The translations under genes and the position numbers were made by a program. A stretch of DNA of 40,002 nucleotides, from the NCBI GenBank assembly GCA_031426555.1, contig JANPLN010000034.1:1-40002 (forward strand). Reading direction: 5' to 3'. The notes beneath the pieces were generated by a model that was not told the origin of the DNA, searched no databases, and saw only the letters and a program-made list of their open reading frames with translations. How positions within the stretch are numbered: the first letter of the stretch is position 1; every line of letters starts with the position of its first letter. Source of the DNA: Bdellovibrionales bacterium. Lineage in GTDB: Bacteria; Bdellovibrionota; Bdellovibrionia; Bdellovibrionales; JAGQZY01. Positions 1-7,229 of the stretch are shown piece after piece.

Positions 1-39
1 AAGGTACGGCGTACCGCAAGCGGAACGGCGTACCTTTTT
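1..39. repeat. Imperfect palindrome (REP-like hairpin or terminator), cut by window start
   Basis: AAGGTACG (1-8) pairs with CGTACCTT (29-36), with an inner stem containing two mismatches and a T-run after it; arms match the palindrome at 3928-3948. Confidence 0.55.
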
Positions 40-65
40 GCTGGGGAATTTGGTAAGTAGGGGGG

Positions 66-446
66 ATGAAAACGGCGCTTAAAATTCCGGCAATTGCGGG
101 AAATGTTCATCTTGGGTGCACGGCTCAGGAGAGGGCTCGCAAACAACCGGTTCAGTTGGCGATCGAGATTCGTTTTTCGAAAACGCCGCGCATGCTGACC
201 TCGGATAACATTGCTGATGGACCCTGTTATGCGGAGATGTCGGCCGTGGCGCAAAAAGCTTTTAGCAAAAAACACTACGCCACCATTGAGCATCTTTGTT
301 TTGAATGTCATACGGATTTGGAAAAATATCTGAAACAATGGAAGTGGCTTAAAAAATCTCGGCTCAGCACAACGCTGCTTAAGCTTCAACCTCCTATTAA
401 AGAAATCATTGCAGGCTCCGTGTTTTCCATCGAAGAAACATTATGA
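66..446 (+). CDS. folB: Dihydroneopterin aldolase
   Basis: HLGCTAQER..KQPV, YAE and TIEHL motifs, KLQPPI; 126 aa; first gene of the folate operon with ATGA overlap to the next gene. Confidence 0.85.
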   Translation: MKTALKIPAIAGNVHLGCTAQERARKQPVQLAIEIRFSKTPRMLTSDNIADGPCYAEMSAVAQKAFSKKHYATIEHLCFECHTDLEKYLKQWKWLKKSRLSTTLLKLQPPIKEIIAGSVFSIEETL

Positions 447-1717
447 ATCAGTATGTTCTGTCTTTGGGATCCAATCTCCCTCCTCGCAAAAATCATTTGC
501 AAACGGCTTTAGTTAAACTCTCCGAGTTTTCAACGCTGCGAAAAATTTCTCCTTTGTTTGAAAATCCCCCGCTCCTCCCGTCGGAGGCTCCGGAGTCTTG
601 GTACCAGTTTTTTTTAAATGCCGCGGTTTGGATCGAAACCGAGCTTGCGCCCGAGACTTTGCTGGATCAATTGAACTCCATGGAACGGGCTGCCGGGCGC
701 ACTGCCGACCGTGCCACGTGGGCTCCCCGCCCTCTGGATATTGATATTATTTTGCTGCTCTCGAAGACCGGTGAACCGCTCACTTATCACAGTCCGCGTT
801 TGCAAATTCCCCACCCAGCTTGGGAACAGCGCAACTTTGTTGTCACGCCAATCATGCATTTATTAAAAGGCACTGCCGCTGGCACGGCTCTCTCCATCGT
901 AAAAAAACATCGCGAGCTCTTGACGCCGCTTTGCGCCTTTTCAGCCATTCTCAACGCCACTCCCGATTCGTTCGCCGAGGACCCGCAGTCTCAGGAATCG
1001 CCGCCTAAAAAAATGCAGAGACTTTTAAAGCTTCATCCCGCTCTTCTCGATCTTGGAGCGGAATCCACTCGCCCCGGTGCCACTTCATTAACTCCCGCCG
1101 AAGAATGGGCGCGCCTCGAACCTTTGCTCGGTCTGTGGAAAGAAATCAGACACTCTTATCCCTTCACGCAACTCAGTCTCGACACACGCCACGCGCAAAC
1201 CGCCGAGCAGGCGCTAGCCTACAACGTGAGTGTGCTCAATGATGTTGGCGGCCTTACCAGTTTGCAAATGCAAGACGTGGCAACGCAGTTTGAAGCAACT
1301 ATTTTGATGCATTCCCTCAGCGTTCCCGCCGATCCCAAGACCGTTTTGCCAAAAAATCAGAATGCCGGCACCGAATTAAAAGCGTGGCTCGAAAATAAAT
1401 TGGCAACACTGCCGCAGGCTCTTTTAGCGAAACTTATTTTTGACCCGGGAATTGGCTTTGGCAAAACGCCCTTACAATCACTTTCACTTTTGCAAAATCT
1501 CAACGAATTTAAATCCTTCGATCTGCCCCTTTTGATCGGACACTCACGAAAGTCATTTATGAATCTTTGGTGCGATGAAACATTTTCCGAACGAGACTTT
1601 GAAACCCTGGGAGTTTCGGGGCAGTTACTTTCGCAGGCAGAATTTTTACGCATTCACAATCTCGAAGCCCATCAGCGACTGCAAAAATCGCAGCTGGCGC
1701 TCGCTGGTGCTCTATGA
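443..1717 (+). CDS. folKP: Bifunctional HPPK / dihydropteroate synthase (FolK-FolP fusion)
   Basis: HPPK motifs LSLGSNL, FLNAA, WAPRPLDIDI, IPHP; DHPS motifs ILNATPDSF, GAESTRPG, DPGIGFGK, GHSRKSF, RIHN. Confidence 0.93.
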   Translation: MNQYVLSLGSNLPPRKNHLQTALVKLSEFSTLRKISPLFENPPLLPSEAPESWYQFFLNAAVWIETELAPETLLDQLNSMERAAGRTADRATWAPRPLDIDIILLLSKTGEPLTYHSPRLQIPHPAWEQRNFVVTPIMHLLKGTAAGTALSIVKKHRELLTPLCAFSAILNATPDSFAEDPQSQESPPKKMQRLLKLHPALLDLGAESTRPGATSLTPAEEWARLEPLLGLWKEIRHSYPFTQLSLDTRHAQTAEQALAYNVSVLNDVGGLTSLQMQDVATQFEATILMHSLSVPADPKTVLPKNQNAGTELKAWLENKLATLPQALLAKLIFDPGIGFGKTPLQSLSLLQNLNEFKSFDLPLLIGHSRKSFMNLWCDETFSERDFETLGVSGQLLSQAEFLRIHNLEAHQRLQKSQLALAGAL

Positions 1718-2982
1718 ACAAAACTTACGCCGAATGGGTTCACTGGCTTGAATCTCGCAATGTCATGCCGCAAGTTCGCCCAGGCCTGGAGCACACGGAA
1801 TGCGCTCTTAAAGAAGCGGGGCTTTTGCAGCGTGTTCAACCGCAAAAAGTGATTCATATTGCCGGCACGAACGGCAAAGGCACCACGGCAAAAACGTTAG
1901 AGCAGCTCCTGCTATCGCAAAACAAAACCGTGGGTCTTTACACGTCTCCGCACTTGGTGGACACCACAGAGCGTATTTGCGTTAACGGCACCCCCATTTC
2001 GCACGCTCAGTTTGTAAGCCTGTGCGAGGCTTACTATTTTCTCATCGAAAAATGGAATCTGTCGCACTTCGAAAGTCTCACTTTGTTTTCGGCCGCTGTG
2101 TTTTTTGAATTGGACCCGGTGGAGTATTCCATTTACGAAATTGGTCTCGGTGGAACTTGGGATGCTACGAACGCCATCCCGCATGCAACAAGTATTATTG
2201 TTACACTGGGTTTTGATCATCAACATATTTTGGGAAATACCTTGCGTGAAATCGCCGAAAATAAATTTGGCATCATTCAAAAACAAAACCAGGTTTTTCA
2301 CGTACCCTACGACAACGAAACAACCGCTCAGCTTGAACAAAAAATCAAAGCCACTAGTTCATCCCGCACTTGCGTGACGGCGCCTAAAGTGGAAATCCAA
2401 AAAACGGCGGGGCTTCCGCTCTATCACATTCAGTATCAAAACAAATTTTACCAGCTGGCGCTTCCCGGCCTGCGAGCCGCGCAAAATATGTGGCTGGCTG
2501 TAAATGTTTTTGCGGCGTTTGGTTTTTCGAAAATTGAGGGTCTCAAAAAGCTTTCGCAGATTGTGTGGCCCGCGCGCATGACCGCGCTGCCCGTCCACAC
2601 CCGTTGCCCCGTGTATCTTTCGGGAGATCACAATCTCCAGGGACTGGAATCGCTCAAGGAAATTTTGCAGAATACAAAGTACAATCGTTTAAAGGTTGTC
2701 TTTGGAATTTCTAAAAACCGAATGCATCAGGATTTTATTTCTTCCATCGAACTCATTCCCAACGTGGATCTGATTTTAACCAAACCGAAATTCAATGGTA
2801 TTGAACCACAAAACACAATCCACCCTTACTTTGAAAAACCTGTGGAGGCATTAAACTTCGCCCTCAGCACAGCCACTGTGGACGATGTAATTGTGGTTAC
2901 AGGCTCACTGTATCTTTGTGGCGATATTTTGAAACAAGCCAGTGAAGTGCGTACTGAAAACGTCGCTTGTATATCTCCGTAG
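1714..2982 (+). CDS. folC: Dihydrofolate synthase / folylpolyglutamate synthase
   Basis: IHIAGTNGKGTT, YTSPHL, EIGLGG.WDATN, DHQHILG, WPARM, TGSLYLCG. Confidence 0.95.
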   Translation: MNKTYAEWVHWLESRNVMPQVRPGLEHTECALKEAGLLQRVQPQKVIHIAGTNGKGTTAKTLEQLLLSQNKTVGLYTSPHLVDTTERICVNGTPISHAQFVSLCEAYYFLIEKWNLSHFESLTLFSAAVFFELDPVEYSIYEIGLGGTWDATNAIPHATSIIVTLGFDHQHILGNTLREIAENKFGIIQKQNQVFHVPYDNETTAQLEQKIKATSSSRTCVTAPKVEIQKTAGLPLYHIQYQNKFYQLALPGLRAAQNMWLAVNVFAAFGFSKIEGLKKLSQIVWPARMTALPVHTRCPVYLSGDHNLQGLESLKEILQNTKYNRLKVVFGISKNRMHQDFISSIELIPNVDLILTKPKFNGIEPQNTIHPYFEKPVEALNFALSTATVDDVIVVTGSLYLCGDILKQASEVRTENVACISP

Positions 2983-3829
2983 ATAAATAATGACTCTGTC
3001 CCCAAAATGGCCAGGTCACACCGGGCTTTTGCAAATAGTCGGCAATGGTCACATACCCATCGTGCGGACCCCAGTAGTGCAGCTCTTGTTCGCGCTTCTT
3101 TTCGAAAAAATGAAAATATCTTTGTGGACGAATCCCCACCATATTGACCATTTCGATCTGTGAGTTGATTTTTAAAGGCCCGTAACAAAACCCATTGCTG
3201 CGAGCCACTTCGGGAAGGACCGCGTAATCGTCGTTAATATATTTTTTGATTTTATAAAACGCATCGCGGTCGGTTGCCGGCAGCGATGTCCCATAGGTCA
3301 TACCCGATACATTGAGCCAACCAATAATGTTCGCGTTGATTTGAATACTTTTTTCTAAAACCAAACGCATCTCAAGACTCGCCAAACCCTGAGTGATCAA
3401 AATCACGTCTCGACCCGCCCAGCGCTTCATGGTCTCCTGATAGGTGTAAGCGTTGGAAAACACCGAGCGACGGTAAGATATTTCGGGATAGGCGCAGTCA
3501 AAACCCATATCCGCCGCCACGTTTTTTAAGCGCCATTGATAATTCTCGTTGGTCTTGCGAGATTCCCACGGATTGTGCACAAACACGGCAGCGAGCACAT
3601 CGCGATTGGACGTGTTGTAAAAAGATCCCTTTGAAGACTGCGAATTCTCGGCGCCTTTGGCAAATTCAACGAACGTCGATTGTTCTTTAAATGTTTTATA
3701 TAAAATGCCACAGGCGATGTCGTAACCGAAGGACTGCTGAATGTGATAAACATCCGCGGCCGTCAGGTTTTTTTCGCTGATTTGATTCCAGATTTTTTCA
3801 GCGCGATAATTAACTTCGAGATCCGTCAT
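2897..3829 (-). CDS. Hypothetical protein, possibly a degenerate alpha/beta-hydrolase fold
   Basis: 310-aa ORF with GGGGG SD-like motif upstream; GPHDGYV and late SH resemble lipase-like Asp/His elements; overlaps the folC 3' end by 86 bp. Confidence 0.6.
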   Translation of the reverse strand: MTDLEVNYRAEKIWNQISEKNLTAADVYHIQQSFGYDIACGILYKTFKEQSTFVEFAKGAENSQSSKGSFYNTSNRDVLAAVFVHNPWESRKTNENYQWRLKNVAADMGFDCAYPEISYRRSVFSNAYTYQETMKRWAGRDVILITQGLASLEMRLVLEKSIQINANIIGWLNVSGMTYGTSLPATDRDAFYKIKKYINDDYAVLPEVARSNGFCYGPLKINSQIEMVNMVGIRPQRYFHFFEKKREQELHYWGPHDGYVTIADYLQKPGVTWPFWGQSHYLSTEIYKRRFQYALHWLVSKYRHKDTVSL

Positions 3830-3927
3830 AGGCCCCCACAGATGTTATTGTTACAAACCGTGGGGGATATTTCAACTGAGCTGCTAATTCAGGACCTTGG
3901 GCTAGCTCATATTCACCCTATTACCGG

Positions 3928-3948
3928 AAAAGGTACTTGGTACCTTTT
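3928..3948. terminator. Palindrome AAAAGGTAC-TTG-GTACCTTTT; bidirectional terminator or REP-like element
   Basis: Perfect 9-bp arms, 2 nt after the stop of the minus-strand lipoprotein gene. Confidence 0.65.
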
Positions 3949-3950
3949 GG

Positions 3951-4514
3951 TTACTGTTGTTTCTTTTGCATTTCGTGTTTTTGCGCGTTCAGCTCGGCCT
4001 CGCAGATTTCTACCTTTTCTTGGTATTCATCTTCGCGTTTTTGTAGCGTTCGCTTGTACTCTTTAAAGCGCTCGATGCGGTCTTTTAAAAACTCTTCGCT
4101 CACGCCGATGATTTTATCTTTGTCGTCCAAACCGATTTTGAACTCTTCTTCTTTATCGGTCACACGATCCATGGGTTCGGTAAACTTGAGCTTTCCGCCG
4201 CCCCCATTTTTGGGGTCCACAAGGTCTTTGCGGCAAGTTTTCAGAGTTCCATAAAGCCCTTGCGAACCGAATTTGCGACTGCCGTAAACGCGGTCTTCCA
4301 AACTATAAACATCGATTTGCAACCTGCGAAGTTCTTCGGCCATGTTTACTTTTTGTTGATACATAAGATTGCCGTCTTTAACGCCGATTCTTTGTTCGGC
4401 CGTTAGATTTTCGCTTTTTTGCATATCAGCATCTATTTTTTCCGCCTTGTGTGGATTGGTACTACACGCTGTGAAAATAAATAAACCAACTAGAACAAAC
4501 ATCATTTTTAACAT
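3951..4514 (-). CDS. Hypothetical lipoprotein with coiled-coil C-terminus
   Basis: GGAGG at 4523-4519 supports ATG 4514 or 4505 rather than 4565; lipobox FTAC. Confidence 0.75.
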   Translation of the reverse strand: MLKMMFVLVGLFIFTACSTNPHKAEKIDADMQKSENLTAEQRIGVKDGNLMYQQKVNMAEELRRLQIDVYSLEDRVYGSRKFGSQGLYGTLKTCRKDLVDPKNGGGGKLKFTEPMDRVTDKEEEFKIGLDDKDKIIGVSEEFLKDRIERFKEYKRTLQKREDEYQEKVEICEAELNAQKHEMQKKQQ

Positions 4515-4669
4515 AAGACCTCCGTCTTCCAAGAAGCTATAACAACCCATCAGCAAGTCACCCAAACCGTGCTGAATGGTGTTTTTTAGCCGCTGAATTT
4601 TGTTCTATTATAGGACTCAGCCCTAAAAAAGAAACCAGAATTGTGTTTCATTTTAGTACGCCAGCCCTT

Positions 4670-4697
4670 TTGAACCGGGCTTTGTCCGTGCTACAAT
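4670..4697 (+). promoter_or_regulatory. sigma70-type promoter in leaderless geometry
   Basis: TTGAAC-16nt-(TGc)TACAAT-7nt-ATG(4705); no SD. Confidence 0.65.
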
Positions 4698-4704
4698 TAA
4701 AAGT

Positions 4705-5484
4705 ATGAAGTCCGTTGCACTTTTGCTCATATTTCTAGCAGGCCAGCCACTCTTTGCGGTGGATTTATCTCCGACGTCTCCGACGCAAGAAGCCAAGTCT
4801 TCGAGACGCTGGAGTCTGTCGCAGTGGATGGAGCAAAAAGGCAAAGTGCAGTGGATGGATCTGTGGTTGAAAACCCCCTACGACGCGGGTCGATCTGGTA
4901 AAGGCGGCGGCGGTCCTTGGATCTACGATGTCTACATCGGCGGCGATTACAACAACCACGACCGAGAGTCCTCAGGCTCCCTCGCTTCATTGCCTGGCAA
5001 AGGCGACTTTCACTCAGTGGGCTATCACGCTGGCTTTTTTATGTCGGTGTTCGGCATCCATGCAGAGTACGAAAACAGTGACACCGATGAACGCACAGTT
5101 CTTGATGGCCTCTTGCAATTGCGCCTCTTGGGGGTTTCGGACCAGGCCAGTAACATCACCTTGTTTTACGGCGTTCACCAAGAGGATTATCGCAATGATA
5201 AGGTCAACCTCCCACAAGCTGGGGGCTCTCTCACATTTTATTTGGTGAATGCATGGGCAATTCAAGGGCGCTACCAGCACTTTTTCAAAACTGAATCCGA
5301 TTTAGGAAACGACATCAACGGTTACCGTTTCGAAGGAACCACTTGGCTCGAATGGGGCGGCGTTCGTTTTTTTGGCACCTGGTTTCATGAGCCCATGGAA
5401 TACGTGACCCCCACGGGCGACATGCGCCTCACCCGCGACGGCGTCAGTGCCGGTATTCGTGTTTATCTTGATTTTAAAAAATAA
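4705..5484 (+). CDS. Putative outer-membrane beta-barrel protein
   Basis: Signal peptide, alternating amphipathic strands, C-terminal GIRVYLDF. Confidence 0.7.
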   Translation: MKSVALLLIFLAGQPLFAVDLSPTSPTQEAKSSRRWSLSQWMEQKGKVQWMDLWLKTPYDAGRSGKGGGGPWIYDVYIGGDYNNHDRESSGSLASLPGKGDFHSVGYHAGFFMSVFGIHAEYENSDTDERTVLDGLLQLRLLGVSDQASNITLFYGVHQEDYRNDKVNLPQAGGSLTFYLVNAWAIQGRYQHFFKTESDLGNDINGYRFEGTTWLEWGGVRFFGTWFHEPMEYVTPTGDMRLTRDGVSAGIRVYLDFKK

Positions 5485-5537
5485 ATCGACGAAAAAGAAA
5501 ACTCAGCATTCAATGTCTATAGCCGAGGGGACAGCAA

Positions 5538-7211
5538 ATGGAAAAGATTTGGCTTAAAAATTATCCAAAGGGCGTAAAGCACGATGTGGATATCAACACC
5601 TACAAATCCATCATCGAAGTTTTTGCTGAAGCAGTTAAAAACTATGGCGACAAGCCCTGCTTTACCAACCTCAATCACACCATCTCTTACAATCAACTCG
5701 ATCAATTGTCTGATCAATTTGCTTCGTACTTGCTAAATATCTGCAAACTTAAAAAAGGCGATCGTATCGCCATTCAAATGCCAAATCTTTTGCAGTATCC
5801 TGTGGTGCTCTTCGGTGCGATGAAGGCGGGAATGATCGTCGTCAATACCAATCCGCTGTACACCGATCGCGAAATGGAACATCAATTTCGCGATGCTGAT
5901 TGCAAAGCCTTGGTGATTGTAGATCTTTATGCTCATTTGCTACAAAAAATTATTTCCCACACCGACGTTCAGCACGTCATCGTTACCTCGGTTGGCGACA
6001 TGTTGCCGTTTCCAAAAAAGCATATTGTAAACACGGTGATCAAATACGTTAAAAAAATGGTTCCCGATTACTCACTGCCTCTTGCTACAACTTTTAACGA
6101 TGCTTTGCAGGCAGGCAAAAATCTCAGCTTTGATCAAGCAGAACTCACCCATGAGGACATCGCATTTTTACAGTACACTGGCGGCACCACCGGGGTGGCC
6201 AAAGGCGCGATGTTGACGCACAAAAATATTATTGCCAACATGATGCAGACCTTCGAGTGGCTCAATCCGCTTTTAAAGCGCGGCGAAGAAATCGCTCTGA
6301 CACCCCTCCCGCTTTATCATATTTTTTCATTAACCGTAAATTGCCTTACGCTCATGGCGTACGGGGCCCACAATATCTTGATTACAAACCCACGGGATAT
6401 TCCCGACTTTATTAAAACAATGCAAAAGTACAAACCCACCGTGATGTCGGGCGTGAACACTCTTTTTAACGCTCTGATGAACCACAAAGATTTTTTAACT
6501 TTGGATTTTTCTAAGATGAAAGTCAGTGTGGCCGGAGCCATGGCTCTGCAAGATGTGGTGTCGAGAAAGTGGATGAAGCTTACAAACTCCCCCGTCGTAG
6601 AAGGCTATGGTTTGACCGAAACGTCTCCAGTGGCTTGCTGCAACCCCATCGATGGAACCGACAAAGTGGGAACCATCGGCTTTCCCTTTCCATCCACAGA
6701 CGTCAAACTGGTTGATGACGAAGGCAAAGAAGTGGCTCTGGGTGAGCCCGGCGAACTTTGCGTAAAGGGTCCGCAAGTGATGTTGGGCTACTGGCAGCGC
6801 CCCGAAGAAACTGCCAAAGTGATGGATGGCGAGTGGCTTAAAACTGGCGACATCGCTGTGGTAGATAAAACCGGCTTTTTTAAAATTGTGGATCGCAAAA
6901 AAGATATGATTTTAGTTTCTGGTTTTAACGTGTACCCCAACGAAGTGGAGGATGTGATCGCCTCCCATCCCGCCGTTCTCGAAGTGGCGGCCATCGGCGT
7001 GCCCGACGAGCACTCCGGCGAAATTGTGAAAATCTTTGTGGTGAAAAAATCGGATGTCACTGGCGACGACCTTATCGCTTTTTCGCGCAAAAAACTCACA
7101 GGCTACAAAGTGCCAAAAAAAGTAGAGTTCCGAACCGAGTTGCCAAAATCCAATGTAGGTAAGATTTTGCGTAAGGATCTGCGAAAAGAAGAATTGGAAA
7201 AACGCGGGTAG
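5538..7211 (+). CDS. fadD: Long-chain-fatty-acid-CoA ligase
   Basis: YTGGTTGVAKG, EGYGLTETSP, GWLKTGD-like EWLKTGD, DRKKDMI, PKSNVGKILR; N-terminus resembles E. coli FadD. Confidence 0.92.
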   Translation: MEKIWLKNYPKGVKHDVDINTYKSIIEVFAEAVKNYGDKPCFTNLNHTISYNQLDQLSDQFASYLLNICKLKKGDRIAIQMPNLLQYPVVLFGAMKAGMIVVNTNPLYTDREMEHQFRDADCKALVIVDLYAHLLQKIISHTDVQHVIVTSVGDMLPFPKKHIVNTVIKYVKKMVPDYSLPLATTFNDALQAGKNLSFDQAELTHEDIAFLQYTGGTTGVAKGAMLTHKNIIANMMQTFEWLNPLLKRGEEIALTPLPLYHIFSLTVNCLTLMAYGAHNILITNPRDIPDFIKTMQKYKPTVMSGVNTLFNALMNHKDFLTLDFSKMKVSVAGAMALQDVVSRKWMKLTNSPVVEGYGLTETSPVACCNPIDGTDKVGTIGFPFPSTDVKLVDDEGKEVALGEPGELCVKGPQVMLGYWQRPEETAKVMDGEWLKTGDIAVVDKTGFFKIVDRKKDMILVSGFNVYPNEVEDVIASHPAVLEVAAIGVPDEHSGEIVKIFVVKKSDVTGDDLIAFSRKKLTGYKVPKKVEFRTELPKSNVGKILRKDLRKEELEKRG

Positions 7212-7229
7212 AATCCCGCTTGAATCAAG

